Origin: Ignavibacteriota bacterium
GTDB taxonomy: Bacteria > Bacteroidota > Ignavibacteria > UBA10030 > UBA6906
Direction of reading: 5' to 3'
DNA: 61,860 nucleotides
Assembly (NCBI GenBank): GCA_003157485.1
Contig: PMJQ01000184.1
Location: 41,347-103,206 of the forward strand
Both the position numbers and the translations under genes were made by a program. Positions 1-9,693 of this stretch are shown in pieces. The notes beneath the pieces were generated by a model. It ran no database searches. It saw nothing but the letters and a program-made list of their open reading frames with translations, and was not told where the DNA came from. Position 1 is the stretch's first letter. Each line of letters begins with the position of its first letter.

Positions 1-123
1 TTCCCGCAGGACTCGAGGCATACGACGGCCGCGTGCGCCAAGTGCCATCAGACCGCGACCAATTATACGCTGTACTGCTGCCAGAGCAGCGGATGCCATA
101 ATACATGCGCGGGGGGCGGCTGA
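1..123 (+). CDS. 3' end of a multiheme c-type cytochrome (truncated by window edge; not in ORF track)
   Basis: Frame 1 reads FPQDSRHTTAACAKCHQTATNYTLYCCQSSGCHNTCAGGG* (TGA 121-123), with one CxxCH and one CX4CH motif. Confidence 0.75.
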   Translation, partial: FPQDSRHTTAACAKCHQTATNYTLYCCQSSGCHNTCAGGG

Positions 124-163
124 CAGGGGTCAGAACGGTCTTCAGAGATGCGGCTGACAGGGG
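116..163 (+). repeat. 14-bp direct repeat GCGGCTGACAGGGG at 116-129 and 150-163
   Basis: Read directly. The first copy spans the cytochrome stop codon; the second runs into the RBS of the next gene. Confidence 0.6.
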
Positions 164-173
164 GGAGCGGTTC

Positions 174-1769
174 ATGAAAACACATCACTGGCTGTATGTC
201 TTGTCTGTACTCGTTGCGGTGGCGGGGGTTGCCGGTGGCGAGGGACAGACGAAGGAACGCCGCCGGATCTCGGCGAAGGTGACGTACGTCGCTACCGGGG
301 CGTTCTATTTTGACGTCGGCAGGACGAAGGGGGTGGCCGCCAATGACACCGTCACGGTCGTTCGCAGGCTCGTGCCGGTCGGGACCGGCATCGTGACCGC
401 GGTGTCCAGCGGGTCCTCCGTTGCGAAAATCATCTCGGAATCCGGCGCCATTGCACCGGGAGATTCCGTGCTGGAGGTGAAGGACGTCTTGATCGAGGCG
501 CCGGAGGCGGCCTTCGGCGCGGCAGGAGTGGCGGCGAAAAATGCCGCGCTCCTGCAGGATAACAGGGTGAGCGGCCGTGTCGGAATCCAGTATGCCGCAT
601 CGGGAGTGTTCGGCACGGCGCTCGATTTCTCGCAGCCGGCCCTCATCACGCAGCTGAGCGTCACAAGGCTGTTCGGCACGACCTCGACGCTGACGATGTA
701 TGCCCGCTCGTACCGCGATATGTCCGCGGGATACGACCGGTACGGGACAGGATCGAGGAACAAAGTACGGATGTTCGAGCTCTCGCTCACGAACGACGAT
801 CCCCGGTCCTCCTTTGGGTACGGATTGGGAAGGATAACCTCCCGGTACGTCGGGGGGCTCGGCGTGTTTGACGGAGGGCAGATCTATCTCCGAGCGGGGA
901 ATTTCACCGCTGGCCTTCTCGGGGGGACGCAGCCCGATTACACGACGTCGGCGGTGTCAACGGACGAGGCGAAATTCGCGGGCTTCCTCAATTACGGGTG
1001 GGGAGGGGACGTCTTCAAGACATCCGACATCACGTTCGCCTACGGCCAGCAACGGTATCAGGGGAAAATCGACAGGAAGTTCGGCTACTTCCAGGGGACG
1101 CTCAGGTTCGGTTCGGACCTCTACTTCTTTACGAGCACCGAGATGGATTTTGCGCACAGGGACAACGGCGCCGAAGTCGACAAGCCGACTGTCACAAACT
1201 CATTCGTGAACCTCTCCTGGTCCCCCGATTCATGGGTCTCGCTGAATGTGGGCTACGACGCTGTCAGGGCGCTCTATCTTCTTGAAAGCATGAAGATGTT
1301 TCCCGACACGCTCCTGGACAAGACCCTGAAAGAGGGGTACAGAACATACGTGTCGTTCCGCCTGCCTTTCCGGTTCACCCTATCCGGAAATGCGAATTTC
1401 CGGCTCGCCTCGGCAACGACACCGTCCGCGCGCACTCTCGGCTCGACTGTGCGCGTGAGCGACATACTCGACTCGCAGGTCAATTTCGGCGCCCAGTATC
1501 AGGATATACGGGGCCTGTACACGACGGGGAACGACTTGACGCTTGATATGGACCGGTGGATCGCTCAGTCGTTCTCCGTCTCGTTCCGCCTCGACAGGTA
1601 TAGGTATATTATCACGGGGCAGGACCAGCAGCTCCTGACGACGACGGGGACCGTGAGCCTGAACTTCTCGGTATTCCGGTCGTTCTATTCGACGCTGAAT
1701 TTCGATCAGGTATGGGACACGGTCAGGAACAATCAGCGGCTCTACGTCGAGGTGGGGATGCATTTTTAG
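174..1769 (+). CDS. Secreted outer-membrane beta-barrel protein (putative porin of a porin-cytochrome module)
   Basis: ATG 174 follows a GGGGGAG SD. Signal-peptide-like N-terminus (MKTHHWLYVLSVLVAVAGVAGG), many amphipathic Tyr/Phe/Gly beta strands and a C-terminal Phe (LYVEVGMHF) fitting the BAM beta-signal. Confidence 0.7.
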   Translation: MKTHHWLYVLSVLVAVAGVAGGEGQTKERRRISAKVTYVATGAFYFDVGRTKGVAANDTVTVVRRLVPVGTGIVTAVSSGSSVAKIISESGAIAPGDSVLEVKDVLIEAPEAAFGAAGVAAKNAALLQDNRVSGRVGIQYAASGVFGTALDFSQPALITQLSVTRLFGTTSTLTMYARSYRDMSAGYDRYGTGSRNKVRMFELSLTNDDPRSSFGYGLGRITSRYVGGLGVFDGGQIYLRAGNFTAGLLGGTQPDYTTSAVSTDEAKFAGFLNYGWGGDVFKTSDITFAYGQQRYQGKIDRKFGYFQGTLRFGSDLYFFTSTEMDFAHRDNGAEVDKPTVTNSFVNLSWSPDSWVSLNVGYDAVRALYLLESMKMFPDTLLDKTLKEGYRTYVSFRLPFRFTLSGNANFRLASATTPSARTLGSTVRVSDILDSQVNFGAQYQDIRGLYTTGNDLTLDMDRWIAQSFSVSFRLDRYRYIITGQDQQLLTTTGTVSLNFSVFRSFYSTLNFDQVWDTVRNNQRLYVEVGMHF

Positions 1770-1843
1770 GCGGGAACGGAGGCGGGAGTGTGCATGTTCT
1801 GTACCGGGGGGATAGTGCGGCATGATGCAGCACTCAAGGGCGG

Positions 1844-2029
1844 ATGGACTTCACGAGCCTGACGTTCAAGTTCAAGAAGTCTTCGTCGCGCTGCGCGGAC
1901 TGCCACGAGGACGTGCACCGCGGCGGGCTCGGCCCGGCGTGCGCCGGGTGCCATCAGACGGCGACAAACTATACCCAGCACTGCTGTACAAGCAGCGGAT
2001 GTCATAACAGTTGCGCCGGTGGCAATTGA
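1844..2029 (+). CDS. Small cytochrome-c-like ORF, 61 aa (2x CxxCH plus CX4CH), no signal peptide
   Basis: CADCH, CAGCH and CCTSSGCH motifs; paralogous to the 1-123 tail; its stop overlaps the next start (TGATG). Confidence 0.6.
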   Translation: MDFTSLTFKFKKSSSRCADCHEDVHRGGLGPACAGCHQTATNYTQHCCTSSGCHNSCAGGN

Positions 2030-3333
2030 TGAATACGGAGACGCTCATAACGTTCGCCGTTGCGCTCGTGCTGATTCCCGCGGCGGTGATCCCCTATGTC
2101 CGGCACATCCGGGCGCAGGAGAGGAAGGCGAGGAAGAGGTTCGAAGAAGCGAAGATCGCGGGGCTCCAGGCGGCCGTGTCGATGCATCCCCACATCAATG
2201 CGACGGCATGCATCGGGTGCGGAGGATGCACGGATGTGTGTCCCGAGGGGGACGTTCTCGGGGTCATCGACGGAAAAGCAGTACTTCTCCACGGCTCAAA
2301 GTGCGTCGGGCACGGCCTCTGTGCGGAAGCATGCCCCGTGGGCGCCATCGTCATGATGATGGCTGCGCCCGGCAGGAGCGCTGATCTCCCGATCCTCGAC
2401 GAAAACTTCGAAACGACAGTCAAGAACCTGTTTGTCGTGGGTGAGCTGGGGGGAATGGGGCTCATCAAGAACGCGATAACGCAGGGAAAAAAAGTCGTTG
2501 AGCACATCGCCACGCGGCCGCGTGCGGCAAACGGGCTTTACGATGTCATCGTCGTGGGGGCGGGGCCCGCGGGGCTCTCGGCGGGGCTGGCCGCGAAAGC
2601 AGGCAGGCTGAAATACGCTGTTCTGGAGCAGGGGGATGCGGGAGGGACGATTCTGCAGTATCCCCGCCGGAAGATCGTGATGACGTCACCCGTGGAGCTC
2701 CCGCTCTGGGGGAAGGTGAAGTTGACGGAAGCATCAAAGGAGACCCTCCTGGATCTCTGGAAGCAGGTGCTTGTCAGGACCCAGCTGAAGGTGAATACGA
2801 ACGAGAAGGTCCTCGACATCATCGATGCGGGGGGGCATTTCATTGTGAAAACGGCGGCCGGCGAGTACCCGGCGCGCCATGTCGTGCTCGCGCTCGGCCG
2901 GCGTGGTACGCCGCGAAAGCTCGGCGTTCCGGGGGAAGATCTGGGGAAGGTGACGTACCGGCTCATCGATGCCGAGACGTACAAGGATTGCGACGTCCTC
3001 GTTGTGGGAGGAGGAGATTCCGCCGTCGAAGCCGCCGTTGGTCTTGCGCTCCACGGCACAAACCGCGTAACGCTCTCGTACCGCAAGTCGGAGTTCACGC
3101 GCTTGAAGGAACGCAACGCGAGGCGGCTCGATGAATTCAGGAAAAGGAACGCGGTGAATGTCCTTCTCGGATCGAACGTGAAGGAGATAGGCGAGAAGGA
3201 AGTCCGGATCGAGACCTCTGATGGTATGGGCACGCTGCCGAATGACTACGTGTTCATATTCGCCGGGGGGGAGATGCCCTTTGAATTCCTGAAGAAGGCC
3301 GGGATCCGGTTCCAGGAGCAGGTCGTGGCCTGA
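2029..3333 (+). CDS. Membrane-anchored ferredoxin-domain FAD/NAD(P)H oxidoreductase (thioredoxin-reductase/YpdA-like fold)
   Basis: N-terminal TM helix; CIGCGGC..VCP and [10 protein letters not shown] FeS motifs; GAGPAG (FAD) and GGGDSA (NAD(P)H) motifs; no redox CxxC. Confidence 0.8.
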   Translation: MNTETLITFAVALVLIPAAVIPYVRHIRAQERKARKRFEEAKIAGLQAAVSMHPHINATACIGCGGCTDVCPEGDVLGVIDGKAVLLHGSKCVGHGLCAEACPVGAIVMMMAAPGRSADLPILDENFETTVKNLFVVGELGGMGLIKNAITQGKKVVEHIATRPRAANGLYDVIVVGAGPAGLSAGLAAKAGRLKYAVLEQGDAGGTILQYPRRKIVMTSPVELPLWGKVKLTEASKETLLDLWKQVLVRTQLKVNTNEKVLDIIDAGGHFIVKTAAGEYPARHVVLALGRRGTPRKLGVPGEDLGKVTYRLIDAETYKDCDVLVVGGGDSAVEAAVGLALHGTNRVTLSYRKSEFTRLKERNARRLDEFRKRNAVNVLLGSNVKEIGEKEVRIETSDGMGTLPNDYVFIFAGGEMPFEFLKKAGIRFQEQVVA

Positions 3334-3431
3334 GGCGCCCTCCTCCTTGCCGGTCGCCGTGCATTCCTCTGTTCCGTTCCGTATATTTCTTTCCGCATCA
3401 TGTCCCCTCATTTCAGGAAAGACAAAGACAG

Positions 3432-5498
3432 GTGAGCCTGTTCTCGCTGACATCCGAGTTCCAGCCCAACGGCGACCAGCCGGAGGCCATCCGCCAGCTT
3501 TCCGAAGGGGTCGCACGCGGCGACCGGTTCCAGACCCTCCTCGGAGTGACGGGGAGCGGCAAGACGTTCACAATATCGAACGTCATTGCTGGGGCCGGCA
3601 AGCCCGTCCTCGTGATGTCGCACAACAAGACGCTCGCCGCGCAGCTGTACGGCGAGTTCAAAAGGTTTTTCCCGCGCGACAGGGTCGAGTTCTTCATAAG
3701 CTACTACGATTACTACCAGCCTGAAGCGTACGTCCCTTCCACCGATACGTATATCGCCAAGGACGCCTCGATCAACGACGAGATCGACAGGCTGCGCCTC
3801 CGGGCGACGAGTGCGCTCCTGAGCGGTGACAGGAACGTGATCGTCGTCGCATCCGTGAGCTGCATTTACGGCATCGGCGCTCCCGAGGAATGGGCGAGCC
3901 AGGTCGTCGTTGTGCGGAGGGGGGAGAAGCTCGAACGGAACGATCTCCTCAGGAAGCTTCTGAATATCTATTATGCCCGCAACGATTTTGAATTCGTCCG
4001 GGGGACGATGCGGGTGCGCGGCGACGTCGTCGAGGTCATCCCGGCGTATGAGAACGAGGAAGCCCTCAGGATCGAGTTCTTCGGGGACACCGTCGAACGG
4101 ATCTCCTACATCAACAGGATGGACGGAAGGGTCCTGGGCGAGACGGAGTATGAAGTTGTCTATCCCGCAAAGCAGTTTGTGACCTCGAAAGATACGCTGG
4201 ACCGTGCAATGAAGGGGATCGAAAAGGAGCTTGAGGAGCGTCTGGGAGATCTTCGCACCGCCGGAAAACTTGTCGAGGCGCAGCGGCTGGAGCAGCGCAC
4301 CCGTTTCGACCTGGAGATGATGCGCGAGGTTGGTTACTGTTCGGGGATCGAGAACTATTCCCGCCATATCGCGGGACGCCCGCCGGGCTCCCGCCCGGCG
4401 TGTCTCCTCGACTATTTCCCGAAGGACTTTCTCCTTGTCGTGGATGAATCCCACGTTACCGTCCCCCAGGTGGGCGGGATGTATCACGGCGACAGGTCGC
4501 GCAAGCTGACGCTTGTGGAGCACGGATTCCGTCTCCCTTCAGCCCTCGACAACCGTCCCCTCACATTCGACGAGTGGGAGAAGATGGTCCCTCAGGTGAT
4601 ATTCGTCAGCGCCACGCCGGCGGAGTACGAACTTCAGAAGAGCAAGGGGGTGATCGTGGAGCAGGTCATCCGTCCCACGGGCCTTGTGGACCCGGAGGTC
4701 GAGATCCGGCCGGTGAAGAACCAGATCGACGACCTGATCGCTCAGATCCGGGACCGTGCGTCCAGGAAAGAACGCGTTCTCGTGACGACGCTGACGAAAC
4801 GGATGGCGGAAGATCTGACTGACTACCTCAACGACATCGGCGTCAGGGTGCGGTACATCCATTCGGAGGTCGATGCGCTCGAGCGGGTGGAGATCCTCCG
4901 GGACCTGCGTCTCGGTGAGTTCGACGTCCTCATCGGCGTCAACCTCCTCCGCGAAGGGCTCGACCTTCCCGAGGTATCGCTCGTGGCGATACTCGACGCC
5001 GACAAGGAGGGCTTTCTCCGGTCGGAACGCTCACTGATCCAGACGGCGGGACGGACCGCCCGGAACCTCAACGGGCTCGTCATCCTGTACGCCGACACGG
5101 TGACAGGTTCGATGCAGAGGATGCTCGATGAGACCCGGAGGCGGAGATCGAAGCAACTTCAGTACAACATCGACAACAACATAACGGCCGCCACGGTTTT
5201 CAAGACGATCGACGAGGTCCTGGCGGCCACCGCCGTCGCGGACGTTAAGGCAGCCCGCGACGCAAGGCGGGAGCGGGCGAAGATGCCCCTTGTTGCGGAG
5301 AGCGTCGTTCGCTATCTGACGGCGGAACAGAAACGGGACCTGATAGGCGAACTGCAGAGCGAAATGGAGCGGGCGGCGAAGGACCTGGAGTTCGAGCGCG
5401 CCGCCGGACTGCGCGACGAGATCGCGAAACTCGAGGAAATGACGACGCGCTCAAAAGGCGCCCGCCCGTCCCCGCCTCAGGAGGACGGTCCGCCGTAG
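3432..5498 (+). CDS. uvrB: Excinuclease ABC subunit B
   Basis: [10 protein letters not shown] Walker [31 protein letters not shown] and the C-terminal UVR motif ([11 protein letters not shown]). Confidence 0.98.
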   Translation: MSLFSLTSEFQPNGDQPEAIRQLSEGVARGDRFQTLLGVTGSGKTFTISNVIAGAGKPVLVMSHNKTLAAQLYGEFKRFFPRDRVEFFISYYDYYQPEAYVPSTDTYIAKDASINDEIDRLRLRATSALLSGDRNVIVVASVSCIYGIGAPEEWASQVVVVRRGEKLERNDLLRKLLNIYYARNDFEFVRGTMRVRGDVVEVIPAYENEEALRIEFFGDTVERISYINRMDGRVLGETEYEVVYPAKQFVTSKDTLDRAMKGIEKELEERLGDLRTAGKLVEAQRLEQRTRFDLEMMREVGYCSGIENYSRHIAGRPPGSRPACLLDYFPKDFLLVVDESHVTVPQVGGMYHGDRSRKLTLVEHGFRLPSALDNRPLTFDEWEKMVPQVIFVSATPAEYELQKSKGVIVEQVIRPTGLVDPEVEIRPVKNQIDDLIAQIRDRASRKERVLVTTLTKRMAEDLTDYLNDIGVRVRYIHSEVDALERVEILRDLRLGEFDVLIGVNLLREGLDLPEVSLVAILDADKEGFLRSERSLIQTAGRTARNLNGLVILYADTVTGSMQRMLDETRRRRSKQLQYNIDNNITAATVFKTIDEVLAATAVADVKAARDARRERAKMPLVAESVVRYLTAEQKRDLIGELQSEMERAAKDLEFERAAGLRDEIAKLEEMTTRSKGARPSPPQEDGPP

Positions 5499-5609
5499 CT
5501 TCTCCCCCCCCCTCTGCCCGCCTGTGCGGTGCCGGAATTTTCCCTCCTGGGGTGTAGGAAAGGAAAAAGCGGATATTCCTTCCCTTCATCCCCGGGTTCT
5601 GCATACCCC

Positions 5610-6320
5610 ATGGTCGCCGGAGTTCTCTCTGTCCCCCGTTTCCTCCTCGGCATCTGCGCCGACGCGGTGTTCCCTCCGCTCTGCAATGCATGCAACGCGC
5701 CTCTTCTTCCGGGAGAGTCAATCGCCTGCCAGGCGTGCCGCGGCGCAATCGTCTCCGTGGATGAATGGGACGACGCGTACCGGGATGCGCTTGTGCGGCT
5801 CGGCCTGGAGGGGACGGTCGCGGACTTTGTCGCCGCGTGGTACTTTGAACGGGACAGCCCGCTCCGCGAGCTCATGCACCGGTTGAAATACGGGGGGATG
5901 ACCCCGATCGGCGTGGAATTCGGACGCGTGCTGGGTGAACGAATCAGAGAGGCGGGGCGCGGAGAATCCGGGGTGATCGTCCCCCTCCCGCTGCACCCGT
6001 CAAGGATGCGGGAACGCGGGTTCGACCAGTGTGCGTGCATCGCAAGGGGGGTTTCCACCGTCACCGGGCGTCCCGTGGACGCCCGTCTCATCCGGCGTGT
6101 CCGGTTCACGGCTTCCCAGACGACGCTCGGCCACGGCGAGAGGCGCGAGAACGTGCGCGGCGCGTTCGCGCTGCGGCCGCACGCCTCCGTCGCGGGCATG
6201 ACGATCCTCCTCGTCGACGACGTCGTCACGACGGGCTCGACAATGCGTGCGTGCGCGAGCGTTCTCCTCGGCGCCGGCGCGCGTTCCGTGATCGCCTGCG
6301 CGGTGGCGATCGCGCGCTGA
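5610..6320 (+). CDS. comF: ComF family protein (Zn-ribbon plus phosphoribosyltransferase domain)
   Basis: CNAC/CQAC pairs, PLPLH..R.RERGFDQ and LLVDDVVTTGST. Start uncertain; ATG 5610 chosen. Confidence 0.88.
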   Translation: MVAGVLSVPRFLLGICADAVFPPLCNACNAPLLPGESIACQACRGAIVSVDEWDDAYRDALVRLGLEGTVADFVAAWYFERDSPLRELMHRLKYGGMTPIGVEFGRVLGERIREAGRGESGVIVPLPLHPSRMRERGFDQCACIARGVSTVTGRPVDARLIRRVRFTASQTTLGHGERRENVRGAFALRPHASVAGMTILLVDDVVTTGSTMRACASVLLGAGARSVIACAVAIAR

Positions 6321-6334
6321 AAAAGCCGATTTCC

Positions 6335-6363
6335 TTGACATTCGTGCACGAGAGTGATACATT
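6335..6363 (+). promoter_or_regulatory. sigma70-type promoter of the gap operon
   Basis: TTGACA (6335-40), N17, TACATT (6358-63), with extended -10 TG at 6355-56. Confidence 0.8.
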
Positions 6364-6438
6364 ACAAGGATTTTGGGTGAATCATTCCACTTCCAGACCG
6401 ACTATCCATTCACGTTTCTGATCCAAGGGAGGTAGTGT

Positions 6439-7431
6439 ATGGCTGTCAATATCGGCATCAATGGGTTCGGACGCATAGGCCGCCTTGTTTTCCGGAGAGC
6501 TTTGCAGCAGGGCGGGTTCAACATCGTTGGCATCAATGACATCACCGATGCGAAAACGCTCGCGTATCTACTGAAATATGATTCCGTGCACGGCATATTC
6601 GAAGGGGACGTGAAAGCGGAAGAGGGCGCCATCAGCGTCAACGGGAAGAAATACCGCGTCATGGCGGAAAAAGACCCCTCAAAGCTCCCCTGGAAGGAGC
6701 TCGGTGCGGACATCATCGTCGAGGGAACAGGGATTTTCACGAGCCGTGAGAAGCTCCAGGCGCATATCACCGCAGGGGCGAAGAAGGTGCTCCTGACGGC
6801 TCCCGCAAAAGACGAAATCGACGCCACCGTCGTCCTGGGAGTGAATGACAGTGTGCTGACCGGGAAAGAACAGTTTGTGTCGAACGCTTCGTGCACGACG
6901 AACTGCCTTGCCCCCATGGTCAGGGTTCTCCACACGTCGTTCGGCCTCGAACAGGGCTTCATGACGACGATCCATTCCTACACGAACGACCAGCGCCTCC
7001 TCGATCTCCCGCACAAGGACCTCCGGAGGGCGCGCGCTGCTGCCATGTCAATCATCCCGACGACAACGGGCGCTGCACGGACCGTCGGCAAAGTCATCCC
7101 CGATCTCAAGGGGAAGCTTGACGGGTTCTCGCTCCGGGTTCCCACCCCCGACGCCTCCATCACCGACTTTGTCGCGATCCTCAAGAAACCGGCGACGCGC
7201 GAGCAGGTGAACGATGCGATGAAGCAGGCGGCCGCGGGACCGATGAAGGGGATCCTCCAGTACTCGGAGGAGGAGCTTGTGTCGGTGGATATTATCGGCA
7301 ACGAGCATTCCTGCATCTTCGACTCGAAGCTGACGATGGCAATGGGCAACACGGTCAAGGTCTTCGGCTGGTATGACAACGAATGGGGATTCTCCTGTCG
7401 CGTCATCGACCTCCTCAAGAAGATCGCCTGA
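6439..7431 (+). CDS. gap: Type I glyceraldehyde-3-phosphate dehydrogenase
   Basis: INGFGRIGR, SNASCTTNCLAP and WYDNEWG motifs; GGAGGT SD. Confidence 0.98.
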   Translation: MAVNIGINGFGRIGRLVFRRALQQGGFNIVGINDITDAKTLAYLLKYDSVHGIFEGDVKAEEGAISVNGKKYRVMAEKDPSKLPWKELGADIIVEGTGIFTSREKLQAHITAGAKKVLLTAPAKDEIDATVVLGVNDSVLTGKEQFVSNASCTTNCLAPMVRVLHTSFGLEQGFMTTIHSYTNDQRLLDLPHKDLRRARAAAMSIIPTTTGAARTVGKVIPDLKGKLDGFSLRVPTPDASITDFVAILKKPATREQVNDAMKQAAAGPMKGILQYSEEELVSVDIIGNEHSCIFDSKLTMAMGNTVKVFGWYDNEWGFSCRVIDLLKKIA

Positions 7432-7443
7432 TCAGGGCACTAC

Positions 7444-7469
7444 CGGCGGCCGCCTCGGGGCGGCCGCCG
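7444..7469 (+). other. All-GC hairpin between gap and pgk
   Basis: cGGCGGCCGCC-tcgg-GGCGGCCGCCg, 11-bp stem with no U tract. Confidence 0.7.
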
Positions 7470-7498
7470 CATTCTCGGCACCCATCCATGAGACCACA

Positions 7499-8695
7499 AT
7501 GCACACACTGACTATTGACGATGTCCTCCTCAAGGGGAAGAAAGTCCTCGTCCGCGTGGACTTCAACGTTCCCATGACGCCGGACATGAAAGTTGCGGAC
7601 GACAAAAGGATCATTGAATCCCTTCCGACGATCCGCAAAATCCTCTCCCAGGGTGCCTCGGTGATCCTGATGAGCCACCTGGGAAGGCCGAAGGGGCATC
7701 CGAATCCGGAGTTCTCACTCAAACCGGTCGCCGACTATCTCTCGACGCTCATCAACCGCCCGGTCCAGTTCGCGAAAGACTGCATCGGCCCGGAGGTGCA
7801 CCAGATGGTCGATGCGCTGAAGCCGGGTGACATCCTGATGCTTGAGAATCTCCGCTATCACCCGGAGGAAGAGGCGAATGACGAGGCATTTTCAAAGGAG
7901 CTGGCGAGCCTCGGGGACGTGTACGTCAATGACGCCTTCGGCACCGCCCACCGGGCGCACGCCTCCACGGAGGGGATCACACACTTCCTCCGTCCCGCCG
8001 TGGCGGGGTACCTGATGAAGAAGGAGATCGACTACCTGACGAGCGCGGTGACAAACCCGGCGCGTCCGTATCTTGCGATACTCGGCGGGGCGAAGATCTC
8101 CGGAAAGATCGACGTCATTCAGAATCTGCTTCCGAAGATCGACGCGCTCGTGATCGGCGGCGGCATGGCGTTCACGTTCCTGCGCGCGCAGGGGCTTGAG
8201 ATCGGCGACTCCATGGTGGAGGAGGAGAAGCTCGACCTGGCGAAGGACCTCCTCGGCCAGATGGCGGCGCAGCACAAGCGGTTCATACTCCCCGTGGACT
8301 GCGTCATCGCCGACAGGATGGAGAACAACGCCCAGCGGAGGGTCGTCCCTGTCACGAAGATCCCTCCGGGATGGCGGGGGCTTGACATCGGGCCGGAAAC
8401 GGTCAAGGTCATCAACATGGAGGTCCGGCGCGCCAAGACGATTGTTTGGAACGGGCCGATGGGAGTGTTCGAGATGCCCAACTTCGCGAACGGTACCCTG
8501 GAGGTTGCCCGGCTGCTTGCAGAGGCGACGAAGGCGGGCGCAAAAACAATCGTCGGCGGCGGGGACTCCGCTGCGGCGGTCGCGAAGGCCGGCTTTGAAA
8601 CCCAGATCTCCCACGTCTCGACGGGGGGAGGAGCCTCGCTGGAATTCCTTGAAGGGCGGACGCTCCCGGGACTTGCGGCCCTGGCGGTCGGATGA
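7499..8695 (+). CDS. pgk: Phosphoglycerate kinase
   Basis: VRVDFNVP, SHLGRPKG, YVNDAFGTAHRAHAS, WNGPMGVFE and STGGGASLEFLEG. Confidence 0.98.
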   Translation: MHTLTIDDVLLKGKKVLVRVDFNVPMTPDMKVADDKRIIESLPTIRKILSQGASVILMSHLGRPKGHPNPEFSLKPVADYLSTLINRPVQFAKDCIGPEVHQMVDALKPGDILMLENLRYHPEEEANDEAFSKELASLGDVYVNDAFGTAHRAHASTEGITHFLRPAVAGYLMKKEIDYLTSAVTNPARPYLAILGGAKISGKIDVIQNLLPKIDALVIGGGMAFTFLRAQGLEIGDSMVEEEKLDLAKDLLGQMAAQHKRFILPVDCVIADRMENNAQRRVVPVTKIPPGWRGLDIGPETVKVINMEVRRAKTIVWNGPMGVFEMPNFANGTLEVARLLAEATKAGAKTIVGGGDSAAAVAKAGFETQISHVSTGGGASLEFLEGRTLPGLAALAVG

Positions 8696-8731
8696 ACCAA
8701 TCCGGTTGTCTCCGTGTTCTCTTTTTGAAGG

Positions 8732-9685
8732 ATGTATGACGTCAATAACGTGCGGTTCATGATGCAGCCCATCAGCGGAGGAGGGGAGGGGAGATACTAC
8801 CGGCCGGGACTGTTCGGCGGGTTTTCGTTCTTCCCTCCGGTGATCAAGGGTCTTCTCATTACAAACGGCCTGATGTGGCTGTTCTTCGGAGTGTTTCTTC
8901 CCGCCTTCACGTTCCAGAACGTCCCTATATTTGTGATCTTCAGGGAGTACCTGGAACTCTGGCCTCTGGGGACCAATTTCTGGCCCTGGCAGCTCGTGAC
9001 ATACATGTTTCTCCACGGCGGGTTCTGGCACATCTTTTTCAACATGCTGATGCTCTGGATGTTCGGCACGGAGCTGGAACACACGTGGGGATCGGCGAAA
9101 TTCCTTCTGTATTACCTGCTTTGCGGCATCGGGGCGGGGGTGGCCAATCTCCTCGTGGCGCCGATGCTGGGACAGGTCGCGCCTACGGTGGGGGCGTCGG
9201 GGGCGGTGTTCGGGATACTCATCGCCTTCGGTATGCTCTGGCCAGACAGGCCGATCTATGTCTACTTCCTTCTGCCGATCAAGGCGAAGTATTTCATCGC
9301 GGCCTCGATCGGGCTCGAGCTCATCACCGGCATCACCGGTTCCCCTGACGGCGTGGCACACGTCGCCCATCTCGGCGGCGCAGCGGTGGGATTCATATTC
9401 ATATTCACCGAGCGCCACTCGGAGGCGTTCAGGAACCTGATGGGAAATCTCGGGAGCGGCGTGTTCCGCCGCGCCTCCCGACCCGGGCCGCGTGCATGGA
9501 CGGGAAGTGAGGTGCGCGACGCGCGGTTTTATGACATCGGCGAGACCCGGCACAAGGAAGATGAAGGAGAGGTCACGCAGGAGGTCGTTGATGCGATACT
9601 GGACAAGATAAGCAAGGGAGGCTACCAGAGCCTCAGCGACGAGGAGAAGAGGATACTGAACGAGGCAAGCAGGAAAATCCACTGA
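8732..9685 (+). CDS. Rhomboid family intramembrane serine protease with C-terminal DUF6576-like tail
   Basis: HIFFNM, GASG (Ser) and AHLGG (His) motifs; C-terminal VDAILDKISKGGYQSLSDEEKRIL. Confidence 0.9.
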   Translation: MYDVNNVRFMMQPISGGGEGRYYRPGLFGGFSFFPPVIKGLLITNGLMWLFFGVFLPAFTFQNVPIFVIFREYLELWPLGTNFWPWQLVTYMFLHGGFWHIFFNMLMLWMFGTELEHTWGSAKFLLYYLLCGIGAGVANLLVAPMLGQVAPTVGASGAVFGILIAFGMLWPDRPIYVYFLLPIKAKYFIAASIGLELITGITGSPDGVAHVAHLGGAAVGFIFIFTERHSEAFRNLMGNLGSGVFRRASRPGPRAWTGSEVRDARFYDIGETRHKEDEGEVTQEVVDAILDKISKGGYQSLSDEEKRILNEASRKIH

Positions 9686-9693
9686 CGGGTGCG

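Noticed and set aside
1790-1843. In-frame TGA (1823-25) upstream of the small cytochrome ORF, with GGAGG-N7-GTG at 1790, as possible selenocysteine/readthrough
   Set aside because: The extension (MHVLYRGDSAA*CSTQGR) gives no signal peptide or redox motif, and no convincing SECIS hairpin follows the TGA.
2029-3333. Canonical thioredoxin reductase (trxB)
   Set aside because: It has no CxxC redox disulfide, carries extra TM and ferredoxin domains, and has permuted segment order.
3359-3387. uvrB promoter and SOS box
   Set aside because: TATATT at 3382-87 fits the local -10 consensus, but the -35 position reads GTGCAT and no recognisable LexA palindrome is present, so it was not listed as a feature.
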